43,339 nucleotides of DNA, taken from NCBI RefSeq assembly GCF_001194135.2, contig NC_069005.1, positions 8,702,591-8,745,929 on the forward strand, written 5' to 3'. This document shows, piece after piece, positions 1 through 12,650 of this stretch. The position numbers and the translations under genes are program-made. This DNA comes from Octopus bimaculoides. Taxonomy: Eukaryota. The notes beneath the pieces are model-generated. The model worked only from the letters and a program-made list of their open reading frames with translations. It had not been told where the DNA came from and did not search any database. How positions within the stretch are numbered: position 1 is the first letter of the stretch; each line of letters begins with the position of its first letter.

Positions 1-69
1 ATATATATATATATATGTATGTATATGTGTGTGTATATGTAGATATGTTTATATGTGTATGTGTGTGTA

Positions 70-102
<33 letters not shown>

Positions 103-135
103 GTGTATATGTATAGATATGTGTGTGTATGCATA

Positions 136-170
<35 letters not shown>

Positions 171-430
171 GTATACACACACACACACACACACACAGGG
201 GCACAGACACATGTATATACATATATATATATTTGTATGTATATATATATATGCGTATGTATGTATGTATGTATAGATATGTGTGTATGCATATATGTGT
301 GTGTGTATATATATATTTATTAATGTGTGTGTAAATATGCATATATATATATATGAATGTGTTTGTGTGAATATATGTATGTATGTATGTGTATATATAT
401 ATTTATATATGTATGTATGTATGAATATAC
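1..430. repeat. Compound (TA)n/(TG)n/(TATG)n microsatellite, representative of dozens of similar blocks in the window
   Basis: Directly visible; produces the spurious YI/CV/HT ORFs. Confidence 0.98.
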
Positions 431-839
431 GGGTGTGTGGGGGGAGGGAAAAAGAAAGAGGCAAAAACAAGAGTACAACAGGATATTTCTCTATATCCAT
501 CCAACCACCACCACCACCACCACAACCATAACCACCACCGCCACTGCCACTGCTTTCATCATTTGTTCTGGAAAGAAAAACAATCTTCTTAATCAGAGAG
601 GGGAAATAACGATGACAAGAGATTTTTGCCACCGACATAAAGCTATGCAAATGCACATCTGCCTGGTTTGCGTCCATTTAGCCGAGCTAAAAAGCTTTTA
701 GCATGGTTTATCTATCATTGCAAGGAAATGAAACATCTCTGTCTTTCTTCTCTCTGTCCCTGTCTCCCCTCCGTCCTGATTGTTGTCTTACAATGTTTAT
801 TATGTTTGCTAGTCAACTGCAGCTCACCGTCTTGTCTAT

Positions 840-1104
840 GGATGCTTTATGGTTTATTCTCTTCGTCAGTGTTGTTGTCGTTGTTGTCATCATCCTCGTT
901 GTTGTCGTCATTCATTATTTTTGTTGTTATTGGTGTTGTTGTTATAGGATTATGATGATGATGATGATGATGATGGCAGTAGTTGCTGTTATTACCGTAG
1001 CTGTTGTTTATTATTATTGCCAGCATACCCCTCCCCCTCCTACTCATCATCATCATCATCATCATCATTTATTATTAAGTTGTTTATCATCATCATCATC
1101 ATCA

Positions 1105-1150
<46 letters not shown>

Positions 1151-1200
1151 GGATATTACTAAATCTTTGTGCTGTTATTATTGTTGTTGTTAGTAGTGGT
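840..1200. repeat. Compound trinucleotide microsatellite (GTT/GAT/CAT/TAT)
   Basis: Directly visible. Confidence 0.95.
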
Positions 1201-2111
1201 CGCAGCATCATAATTTAGTATTAAACATAAACTAAAAACAGATAGCGAGAAGGGATGCGTGTGTGTGTGTGTGTGCATGTGTTTACATGCCTATATGTGT
1301 ATTTACACAGACACAGACACACACACATACGCACATATGTATGTGTGTATATGTATATATACACACATACATGAATGTGTTTCTCTGTGTGTGTGTATAT
1401 GCCTCCTTACATATGTATGGTTGTGTATGTCCATCCATGTGTTTTTATACATAGCTGTGTGATTATGAGTATGTGTGTGTGTGTGTATTGTGTGCATACA
1501 TGTGTGTATGTATATACATCTATGGACACATACTATGTGTTTATGTGCACATAGGTCTGCATGTATGTGTTTGCGTATGTTTACATGTTCACCTATATGT
1601 ACATACATATATATATATATATGTTTTGTGTACATGTGTGTGTGCGTGTACATGTATACATCTATGTGCATATATGTATGTGCCCATAAGCGTGCGTGCG
1701 TGTTGTGTGTGTGTGTGTGTGTGTTTTTGTGTGTTTTACGTGCTTGCCATGTGAGAAGGCAAGAATAAGTTTTATGACTGCTTCCAAGTTGAGGATTGCA
1801 TTTAAAAGAGGCTGATAATCTTGTTTAGCTGCTGATAAATAGAATAACTTAATCCTAAATCAATTATCAGCTTTCTCATGCAACACTGGCTCTTGTTGTT
1901 GTTCTTGTTCCTATTCTGTATGTATGTGTGTTGTATTGTGCTTGTCTCTCTCTCTCTCTCCCTCCTGCTCTTTCTCTTCATTTATATACATACACACACT
2001 CACATATATATATATATTTGTATGTGTGTGTATATATATTTGTATTTATGTATGTGTGCGTAAAGACACGCAAATATATATATATATATTATACATATGT
2101 GTGTGAGTTTG

Positions 2112-2151
<40 letters not shown>

Positions 2152-2318
2152 GACACACACAAAAATATACTTGAATATATATATATATATACATACGCAC
2201 ATTATATACATGTATGTATCTATACTTGGTACCTGTATTTGCAAATTACTGTAAGTTTTCTTTTGGAGGAAAATTAGTTAAGAATGATACTTTTGCGAGG
2301 TTGTTTTGTAAACAGACA

Positions 2319-2349
<31 letters not shown>

Positions 2350-4064
2350 CAAGAATGAAAGAGAGACCCCAATCCTGTGTGTGTGTGTGTGTGTGTTACT
2401 TCTTTTGTGTGTTTAAAAACAAATATGCAGGTGGTGGGGGAAATAAATGGAAAATAAGTTTTAAAATCTTCCCCTCACAAGAAACAAACGAAAAAAAATT
2501 ACATACATGAAAAAAAACAAACAATAAGGGTATCAACAACATCAACACTAACAACAACAACAATTGGAAGACATGTCAATTATCTTTGCTATTTCAGTTT
2601 TAAAGTTAATTAAAAAATACTTTAAAAATAAACGTTTTTTTCTCCTACATTTTGGCAGTTCAGTGTTGCAGCAGAAGTTCATTATTGTTTGGCTTTGTCT
2701 CTTAAGGAAAACACTGTGTACACACACATACACACACGTAGTAGTGAATACATGCGCACACACACACACATACAAAAATGTTGTCATTTTGTCTTTGTTA
2801 GGTGTGAAAGTCTACTTGGACATGTGTATTTGTGTGTGTGCATACACACACACAACATATATAGTATACATACATGTATGCATGTTTGTATATTCATGTG
2901 TGTATAAATATATATGCATACATCTATAACCATGTTTATATACAAACATACCGACATGTGCATATATGTATGTGTAATGTATGTGCGTATATGATTCTAG
3001 TATGTGTGTGTATATATATATGTGTGTAAGTGTGTTTGTTCCTGTAGATATATGTATATGCATGATATATAATATATACACATATTGTATATTGCATAAT
3101 ATTATATATAATATACACACATAAGTAAATACTTATAAATACGCATTATGCGTAATGCTTTAAAACATACACAAATGTCTATGTGTATGTGTATTTGTGT
3201 TCCATCAGTAATATCCCTCCATCTGAAATGCTACTTACTTAGCCGTTCAATAAATAGAAACTGATGAAATAAATCTCAAAGATGTACTTGACAGGCAAAT
3301 GATTTGATATGTAAACACATGTTGAGACTAAAACAATTATAGCATGCTATACGCAATACACATATTAGTCATTCAAAAGCATACAAAGGCTGTTAAGATT
3401 ACTTGAGGCTAAGTGAAGCAGTGGCATCAATGTGATAAACTAAAGCCTGTTGAAGATGGTGCCTCAACAGAGCTATCATCCTTTGTTTGGAACCAATGAG
3501 AATCTATCAGAATACTTTGAGTTTTGCTAAAAACAACATATAAATAAAAGAATTTAATTGGCGACGTTATCCCAGGAGCTATTGTTTACTAAATAGGGAC
3601 TAAGAATCTTATTTTGTAATGACCTTATTTTCTTCTTTATGTCATGTGCTTTAGTAATGAAGTCCCTTGAGATACACTGGAATAATGTGAGCCATTGATG
3701 GGCCCTGTGGGAGCCTGTAAGCAATGGCATATTGCTCAGAAATTGTTATTTAAAAGGATCAAATAGAATATAGAATTGAAAAGTGAGTTAAACAAACTGT
3801 GAGGATCTGCATTGGTTAGATCTAATCTCTGAATCAAAGATCCTGTGTTGTTGTTGCTTAGTCTCCAAGCCTCATCTGTTTCCAAGCAGGGTAGCATCTC
3901 CCCACAGCCAGGCATGTATTTCAAGGTTGAACACATTATGTATGAACATGCATACTGATTCTATCAAGCCACTCACAGCCCTCAATAAAATGAACTCAGG
4001 ACGTTAAGCTGGGAGAAATGCCACAAATTATTTTAGTCTAGTGTGTTAATTATTTTGCAGGCTC

Positions 4065-4247
4065 ACAGATTTGGTTTCAAATTTTGACACAAAGCAGTCA
4101 GTTCTCGGGGAGGGGGTTAGTCGATTACATTGGCCCCTTGAAAAGCAAAGTTGACTTTGGCAGGATTTGAACTCATAATGTAAACAATCGGAAGGAATGC
4201 TGCTAAGCATTTTTATCCAATGTTTTAAGGATTCTATTCACTCAGTC

Positions 4248-4250
<3 letters not shown>
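4065..4250 (-). mobile_element. tRNA-derived SINE family A (decayed)
   Basis: Contains GTTGACTTTGGCAGGATTTGAACTC and GCTAAGCATT, shared with other family A copies; the B-box-like GAGTTCAAATCC is on the minus strand. Confidence 0.7.
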
Positions 4251-4283
<33 letters not shown>

Positions 4284-4609
4284 CAGAAGAAAAATTTGAA
4301 AGAGAACTTAGCTTTAATTTTCTCTTATGTATTTAAAACTGATGAGAGATGTTGAAGAGAGTATATTTGACTTATTTTTTTTATTTTATTTCTGTTGATT
4401 TATTCCATTTTTTTTTCTTTTCTTGTTTGGCTTTTTTTTTCTTTGGTTTATTCCTTTATGAATATTCCTTAAAGTAATCCCCCCCCCTACCTTCTCACTG
4501 CACCACCTCTACCACTGTTCCTCCACAAAGGAGACAGTCATACGTTCATTAATGAAACACACACAATGAAATTAGCGCTGCTGTGCTATATTAGTTTACA
4601 TGTGGATGC

Positions 4610-5090
4610 CTCATCACCATCATCATCACCACCGTTCTCTTCATCATGATCATAGTCATCATTAGCATCATTACCATCATGATTATCCTGATCAGCATCA
4701 ATTTTGTGATGTTCATGATGATGATAATGATGATTACCATGTTTGCTATCACCACCACAACAATCATCATCATCTGTAGCAGCATTCCTCTTCTTCTTCT
4801 TCTTCTCATCACCACCACTACCACCACCAGTGCTGCCCTCATTACCACCACAAGCACCACCACCGCAATCATCATCACCATTATAGCAATCATCGGCATT
4901 GTCGGCCTCCTCTCTCATCATCATCAGCAGTAGTAACAACAGCAACACCAGTCCCCATTACTGAAACCACCATCCTACTACTACTACTACTATCACTAAT
5001 TTTATTGTCTTCATCATCATCATCATCATCATCACTATATTTCTTTTTGCCATCATCATCATCATTAACTCCATTTGTCTTTCAGTACAG
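4610..5090. repeat. Degenerate (CAT/CAC/CTT)n trinucleotide tract
   Basis: 3-bp periodicity is largely maintained over about 480 bp. Confidence 0.9.
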
Positions 5091-5159
5091 TATCAGCATT
5101 ATTTTAAATTGAATTTCCAAAAGTTGAAAAATGAATCTAGATATTTTTATATAATATAT

Positions 5160-5510
5160 TCATACATATATATTAATACACCGGCTTGTTGTATATAGAC
5201 CTGTCTTCGTCTTTTGTTTTTTTTAAAATTCCAACTATATAGGTCATCAGCTGTCGGACGCCGACGAAGGGAAATAACCCTGAAATCCGGATACGTTCGT
5301 GCTGCAGATCGAGGTGAGAGGGATAACTTCCCTTGGCAAACAGGACACAGTCGTGTGTCGATAAGCCAGCTGGAGGAGATGTCCTCCTGGGGCTAAAAGC
5401 AACAGTAACATCCACCCCTAGGGGTCAGCCACACTTAAGTGGCAATATACTACACTTTATCGTGCAGTTACTGTTAATACTTCATTTAGAGAATTAACAT
5501 TGCTTATATA
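5160..5510 (+). mobile_element. Putative Penelope-like pLTR/retrozyme fragment carrying HHR-1, running into an assembly gap
   Basis: Island clearly richer in GC and CpG than its flanks, containing the hammerhead and several hairpins. No RT or GIY-YIG ORF is visible, so the class is inferred from hammerhead architecture. Confidence 0.5.
5248..5304 (+). ncRNA. Type I minimal hammerhead ribozyme motif (HHR-1), Penelope-like element/retrozyme style
   Basis: Stem I CGGACG 5255-5260 pairs with CGTTCG 5294-5299, extended by CAGC 5248-5251/GCTG 5301-5304. Core CCGACGA 5261-5267; stem II AGGG-aaataa-CCCT 5268-5281; GAAA 5282-5285; palindromic stem III ATCCGGAT 5285-5292; predicted cleavage after A5293 (AUA). 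Confidence 0.85.
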
Positions 5511-6005
5511 NNNNNNNNNNNNNNNNNNNNNNNNNNNNNNNNNNNNNNNNNNNNNNNNNNNNNNNNNNNNNNNNNNNNNNNNNNNNNNNNNNNNNNNNNN
5601 NNNNNNNNNNNNNNNNNNNNNNNNNNNNNNNNNNNNNNNNNNNNNNNNNNNNNNNNNNNNNNNNNNNNNNNNNNNNNNNNNNNNNNNNNNNNNNNNNNNN
5701 NNNNNNNNNNNNNNNNNNNNNNNNNNNNNNNNNNNNNNNNNNNNNNNNNNNNNNNNNNNNNNNNNNNNNNNNNNNNNNNNNNNNNNNNNNNNNNNNNNNN
5801 NNNNNNNNNNNNNNNNNNNNNNNNNNNNNNNNNNNNNNNNNNNNNNNNNNNNNNNNNNNNNNNNNNNNNNNNNNNNNNNNNNNNNNNNNNNNNNNNNNNN
5901 NNNNNNNNNNNNNNNNNNNNNNNNNNNNNNNNNNNNNNNNNNNNNNNNNNNNNNNNNNNNNNNNNNNNNNNNNNNNNNNNNNNNNNNNNNNNNNNNNNNN
6001 NNNNN

Positions 6006-6325
6006 GGTGTCAAAACAGGAAGTGTGTGTAAGGGAAGACAATTCTGTGGGTTTTATACTCTTTAGTTGGAGTTCTGGCCTCTTTGTCAACAGGAAGTTTA
6101 TGTCTGTTCTTAGAGAAACAAGAAGTAAATTTATATGTATTTCAATGGGTAGGCGAGAGAAGGGAATGTGGTCACCAAGGAGTTTGTATGTTAAGAACCA
6201 TTTGAAATTTCTCTATATTTCTCTTTTTGTAGAGAAAGAATATAAAACCCACAGAATTGTCTTTCCTTACACAAATTTCCTGTTTTGACACCACACTTCC
6301 TGTTTAACACATAAACTCTCAGCCT
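6006..6325. mobile_element. Foldback/MITE-like element with 52-bp inverted repeats
   Basis: 6006-6057 is the reverse complement of 6241-6292 at 49/52 positions. Sub-repeat ACAGGAAGT recurs. The left end is hidden in the gap, so no TSD is visible. Confidence 0.7.
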
Positions 6326-6798
6326 TTTTTAAACACAACATGATCCTTAATTCCATGCATCCTAATCTATCTAACAATTATCTACATGGATTACCATTGA
6401 ACTTTAAAAACTCAAGGACAATATAATGTATTGGTATATTTATTTTTTTTTATATATTTTTTATATTTTTGTAAAAAAACATTATTTTCATTTCCCGATC
6501 TTCTGCTTTGTGAACCTTGTCTGAATATTTCCTTTCATCTTTTCTGTCATATGAAAGATCAGAGATGGAAAAAAAAAATTAAGAAGGGATGGAATGAGTT
6601 ATAAGCTTTGAATAAATACTATCTGCTGTGTGTGCTTAGTAGTATATTTTTTTTGTGTGTGTGTGTGAATGCCTGAGTATATTTACATTCACATGTACAT
6701 ATATGATTGTTTACATATGCATACGCCCATATAGTTTCATTTTATGGCTGGTTATGCTTTGTATATTTATATGTTCCAATATGGCTCTTAAATCAACC

Positions 6799-6844
<46 letters not shown>

Positions 6845-7111
6845 ATATATGTATATATATTCTTATATATATACACACATACACACACAAATATGTATGT
6901 ATATATATGCATGTGTATATATGCTTGTGTGCATATGTATATGTGTGCATTTTTTGTGCACGCATATATGTGTGTATGTATATTTGTGTCTATATGGATT
7001 TCTGTATATATAGATATACGAAAATACTTATATATCATTCATATTGAAAATACATATATTTATATTTGTACACACACACACACACATGCACGCGTGCATG
7101 CACACACACAT

Positions 7112-7143
<32 letters not shown>

Positions 7144-8264
7144 CTACAGAAATGCTATTATCCCACTTTGTAAGCAGTTTTTGACACTGACCAAAGAACA
7201 CCATTGAAAATATCCAGACTTTCGAGACAAGTACATAATTAATAGCAGAATAACAGAACACTAACACAACAACAAGAATAACAAAATCATCATCAACAAC
7301 ACTACACACAATAACAACATGAGCCAACGCCACCAACCTGTAGGCTGGCTTCATACAACAATAAACATCACAGAATGCTACTTTTCTTAAAAGTGAATGC
7401 TTTTGCTTCTCTACCTGACCCAACTTTCCTAATTTACCAAATATAACAACATCATATGATGATGATGATGATGATGATGATGGTAATGATGATGGGAAGC
7501 ATCATCATCACCGTCACTTTCTTTAGTGTCGTTGTTGTCGTCATGATCGTTGTCACTCCGTCGTCGTGGTTGTCATGTTTGTCATTGTCACTAGGCAGAC
7601 CACAATCATAATATCAGATCATAACCATCCATTGTCATCAGCCGGTCATTATTTACAAAACGGTAAAAGCAAATTACTGTACCAATAAATAAATAAATAA
7701 ATAAACAAATAAATGCCTAAATATATGAATATATGGTGTCTGTCTGTGTGTATGTGTGTAAATCTGTGTGCATATATACAGCCATACACACACACACACA
7801 TAGTGACAGATAACAAAAAATATATATATGCACACTCACACACAAACACATGTATATATGTATGTAAATATGTATACTTATATCAATGTGTGTGTGTAAT
7901 ATATATATATATATATATATNNNNNNNNNNNNNNNNNNNNNNNNNNNNNNNNNNNNNNNNNNNNNNNNNNNNNNNNNNNNNNNNNNNNNNNNNNNNNNNN
8001 NNNNNNNNNNNNNNNNNNNNNNNNNNNNNNNNNNNNNNNNNNNNNNNNNNNNNNNNNNNNNNNNNNNNNNNNNNNNNNNNNNNNNNNNNNNNNNNNNNNN
8101 NNNNNNNNNNNNNNNNNNNNNNNNNNNNNNNNNNNNNNNNNNNNNNNNNNNNNNNNNNNNNNNNNNNNNNNNNNNNNNNNNNNNNNNNNNNNNNNNNNNN
8201 NNNNNNNNNNNNNNNNNNNNNNNNNNNNNNNNNNNNNNNNNNNNNNNNNNNNNNNNNNNNNNNN

Positions 8265-8309
<45 letters not shown>

Positions 8310-8696
8310 ATATATATAATATAAATATAAACTATACATAATAGATATATTTCTACTATATGTATGAGATCTTATATATATATGTATGTTTATATATATA
8401 TATATAAACTTTGATTCCACTGTGTCCTTCATTAAGAGGAGAGAAGGAAAAATCCCTGAATTCTCCTTCATTAGAGGGAGAGTAGTAAACCAAAACAAAA
8501 CCTTGCATCACCAACAAAAAAATAAAAAAAGGAGAGGAAAATATCAAAAGGAGTAAAAATTTGTTGTGTTGGTTTGTGAGTCGGTTATATCACAAGAAAT
8601 ATACTGGTTCAGATTTTATGTGGGAACATAAAAACAAGTCAATGCACACAAATATAAGCATATATTGCATGCACACACACAAACTCTCATTCCTAT

Positions 8697-8747
<51 letters not shown>

Positions 8748-9124
8748 TATGTAATGTGCACACACACACATACAGAGGGTCAAAAATGCACTCTAATGAA
8801 ACAGACAAGCAAAGTATTATACACGAATAAAATAAAAGAACATTTCAGTAATATACACCCACTAATTATGTTTGGATATATAATAGTATGTTTACGGCAT
8901 TGTTTTTTGTTAATAATATTGATTAGATAATTGATAATTTCTTGATTGATTGTGATTATTGTTGTTTTTATTTAGCCCTGGGTCAGACTTCATCAACTAC
9001 ACACATGATTAAAGGTGTTTTATTCGTGGTTATATCACGTCTTATTGTTTTTTTCTTTTTTCCGGATGTTATATATTGGTCTATCTTGGACTACATAATC
9101 CAATGTGTCTCTTTCTTTATGGTA

Positions 9125-9480
9125 GCAATGTGGTTAAGAAGCTTGCTTTGAAGCCACGTGCACTTTTAGGTTTGACCCCATTGTGTGGCACCTTGGACAA
9201 GTGTCTTTTTCCATAGCCTTAGGTCAACCAATGCCTTGTGAATGAATCTGTGAATGGAAACTGTGTGGAAGCCTTTCATATATGTGCATATGTGTCTTTG
9301 TGTTGGTGTTTGTCCTTCCATTCCACTGCTTAATAACTGCTGTTGGTTTGTTTACAACTCTGTAAGTTATTGGTCCAGAAACAGAGACTGAGAGAATAAG
9401 TACAGCGTTGAAAAAAAGTATAAAGCCAGAGGTCAATCTGTTTACTAGAACCCTTCAATGTGGTGTTCTAGCATGTCATC
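9125..9480 (+). mobile_element. SINE family B (tRNA-like head, CORE-like GGCACCTTGGGCAAGTGTCTT, internal microsatellite)
   Basis: GTGGTTAAGAAGCTTGC...GTGGCACCTTGGACAAGTGTCTT...GGAAACTG; colinear with 32325-32730. Confidence 0.75.
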
Positions 9481-9612
9481 GTCTCCATGAGACTCATCAT
9501 CCGATGATCATACTTCACCACCTTATCCTTGTCTTCCTGGGTCTACCTCTTCTGCAGGTTCCATCCACAGTTAAAGATGGACACTTCTTTACCCAGATGT
9601 CCTTGTCCATAT
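9480..9612 (-). pseudogene. RTE LINE ORF C-terminal fragment
   Basis: Minus strand MHMDKDIWVKKCPSLTVDGTCRRGRPRKT, homologous to the 39232-39530 fragment. Confidence 0.8.
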
Positions 9613-9631
9613 GCATATATATATATATATA

Positions 9632-10025
9632 TTGGTGCAAGAATAACAGTTTGGTTAAGAATCTTGCTTTGCAACTATGTAGTTTTTGGTTCAATTCTAC
9701 TGAATGGTACTTTGGGCAAATGTCTTCTACTACATCCCTGGGCCGACCAATGCTTTGTAACTATTTGGTAGATGAAAACAGCATGGAAGCTTATCATATA
9801 TATATATATATGTGCATGTGTTTCTTTGTGTATGTCTGCCACAATTGCTTGATAACTGGTGTTGGTTTGTTTATACCCCTATTGTAGTTGGGCAAAAGAA
9901 ATTGATCAAATAAGTACCAGACTTTAAAAATAATTACTGGGCTTGATTTGTTTGACTAAACTTTTGATGGTAGTGCTCCAGCATGGCTGCAGGCTTATGA
10001 CTGAAACAAGTAAAAGACAAAAGAT
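9632..10025 (+). mobile_element. SINE family B
   Basis: Head, TTTGGGCAAATGTCTTCTACT, internal (TA)n, and tail GTGCTCCAGCATGGCTGCAG...TGACTGAAACAAGTAAAAGA. Confidence 0.8.
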
Positions 10026-11484
10026 ACTTAAGCATGTATGTACATATACACACACATATATATATGCATAGTACATGTGTGATATATGCACACAAATATA
10101 TTTTTCTATGTATACGTATGTGCATACCATACACACAAGCATGCTAACATTCATACACACAAATGTATGTGCATATCTGTCGCACATAATTTTATGCTTG
10201 TTTATTTATATAGCATTGCACATTGTGTTATGCAATTGTGCACTGAATTGTAATCTAGTTCATCTCAATGTTTCTCTCTTCACTGCCCATGTGGCAATAA
10301 TATTTAAATAAATAAATATAATAATGCTACTAATAACAATAGTAACAACAATAATAATAATAACAATGACAACGACAATAATAATGATGATGATTATGAT
10401 GATAATATTAATGATGATGATGATGATGATAGCAATAACAATAATAATAATAATAATAATCATTTTTATTAGCATAAAAAAGATTAAAGAAACAAAACTA
10501 CCATAAGCACAAAAGATATTGATAATTAAAAAAAAATTAAAACAAAAGCTAGGAGAATAAAAGAATATTTAAAAAGTATAAAGGAAGCAATATAAATATG
10601 CTATTGTTTTGTTCTATATTTTTTGTACATTAATTTTGTTTTTGCATTTTTGTATTGTTTTATTCTTTGGAATATTTTTGAAAAAGCTGGATTTGATTAG
10701 ATTGTTCATAATACCATATAACAGCTTTGATTAATTATGCCACTTCAACATGGCAGCAGCAGCAGCAGCAGTAGTTGTAGTAGTAGTAATAGTAGCATTA
10801 GTAGTAGTAGTAGTCGTTGTAGTAACTAAGTTAATGGTTCTATATTTTGCTAGTATCATTACTCTCCACCTACTTTCACTCTTTGCTAAATTACCCGTCA
10901 CTTCTCTGCACACTCACGTTGTTGCAATTTGCAGTGATACATTTTCTAGATCTGAAATAACATTTTTTTGCCCCCCTCCCCTTCATCCCTCTTCCGCCCA
11001 TATTCTCCAAAACCAAGCTGCTCCAACACCCACCCTGCTTTGGTTAGTCCTATGAAATAAAAATCTTTTGTTTTGAAATGTTCATATTTAGAAATCTTTT
11101 TTTTTTTGCGTTTTTTGGAAAAAAAACAAAAAAAACAATTCCATCATAATTTTTTTGGTACGAGAACTTTTGCTATGTTATGATATTAAGGTATAAAACT
11201 GATGGAACAATCTAAGAGAGTAACAGAATTATGGTACAGCTGATTAGCAAAATAATCAGCTGAGATGAGATGCGTTTCAGGTTTAGGGATGCGATTGGTG
11301 CTCTCTTCCCAGGGAGCCAGCCACAGAAGAAGTTCTGAGTAAAGAGTTAACCTCTACACTGAGCATTCGTTGGATTTGGAGACATCTTTAATGTGGTACC
11401 ATACTCTGTTGTCTGGTTGTTGCTAAGAAAAATTGGTACAAATGAATGACTTCTGAGCACCTTGCCGACTGTGTGAAAACACAT

Positions 11485-11720
11485 GGCCCAGTGGTTAGGG
11501 GTATTTCATCACAACTGTGAGATTGCATTTTCAATTCTTGAACCAGGCAGTATATTGTGTATTTTAAGAAAACACTTCGTCTCATGTTACACGTATGGCA
11601 TGCTGTGCACCTCTATAGACAACGTTGGTTTGATAGAGGCAGTGGGTTGATGTACAACACAACTATTTTATCTCTATAAACAAGTCATCTGTGCAGGTTG
11701 TTCAGCTAAGTATCATAGAA
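11485..11720 (+). mobile_element. Old tRNA-derived SINE of a third family
   Basis: GGCCCAGTGGTTAGGG (A-box-like) and TTTCAATTCTTG (degenerate B-box), then TGTGTATTTTAAGAAAACACTT. Confidence 0.5.
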
Positions 11721-11989
11721 CCTACATCTGTTGTCCATAGCAGGAGAGCCCTCAACAGTGCCAACCATGTTCAGAGTTGTGTCACCAGTGACATATGGAG
11801 ATTGTCGTGTTAGGTGTGCTGCCACATCTGATGCCACCAAATTTCAAAGAGGTGTATAACAAAAGTTTTCCATTAGGATTTGTCATTAAATTAATGAGTA
11901 AGGTTAATGAATTTATAATGAATTTGCCATTTTCGATGGGTGTGCAGTGCACACCTAGCACACCTGGATTATACACCCTGGGTTGTCAC

Positions 11990-12235
11990 CAAGGTACCAA
12001 TGAGTTCAATGAAGAATTTAATATACAGGTAGATGTCCATCAAGGTTCAATCCTCAGTTCTTACTTGTTTATTATAATTTCTCTAAGGTATAATTGAGGA
12101 GTTAAAGACTGGCTTGTCCAAGGAAACTTTTTTATGCTGACGACCAAGTTCTTACAGCTGAATCTTTTTGAAGAATTAGAGGAGAAATTCCAAATCCAGA
12201 TACAAAATTAGAATCTCAGTGTCTTAATGAAAGCG
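11990..12235 (+). pseudogene. Decayed RTE-clade LINE reverse transcriptase fragment
   Basis: NEEFNIQVDVHQGSILSSYLFIII (HQGS at 12038-12049), then after frameshifts YADD at 12133-12144 and AES..EELEEKFQ. Confidence 0.85.
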
Positions 12236-12601
12236 AGTTACTAACTAATCCATTTATATACAAATCTATCCTACTTTCTGTCTGTCTATCTATGCCTGTC
12301 TGCCTACCATCCACCTCTCTATCTACTAATTAATTTATCTGCCTTTGTGTTAATCTAATTATCAATGTCTACCAACCCATCCATCCCTCCCTTTCTCTGT
12401 GTCTGTCTGTTTGTCTCTCTCTCTCATAAAAGGCCTTCCCCATACAAGATGAAACAGTGTAGTTGGACACTTATATTTCTTCTATTCAAATACTTTAATA
12501 TATTTAATATGTTTTAAACTAAAATTAACTACCAAACTAACTGGAGTGACCTAAAAAAAAACCCCAAAAGATAAAACAGAAAAGGAACACAAAATTACTA
12601 A

Positions 12602-12650
<49 letters not shown>

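Noticed and set aside
3655-3716. Possible small exon (TTTAG acceptor; GTGAGC or GTAAGC donors)
   Set aside because: The 62-bp version has stops in all frames. The 32-bp version (MKSLEIHWNN) is too short to support without RNA-seq.
4586-4948. 120-aa D/G/H-rich minus-strand ORF
   Set aside because: It lies in a degenerate CAT/CAC triplet tract that is open in several frames on both strands; no splice or domain support.
5185-5250. Second, antisense hammerhead from the minus-strand CTGATGA at 5250-5244
   Set aside because: No valid stem II, only GAAG instead of GAAA, and no stem I pairing.
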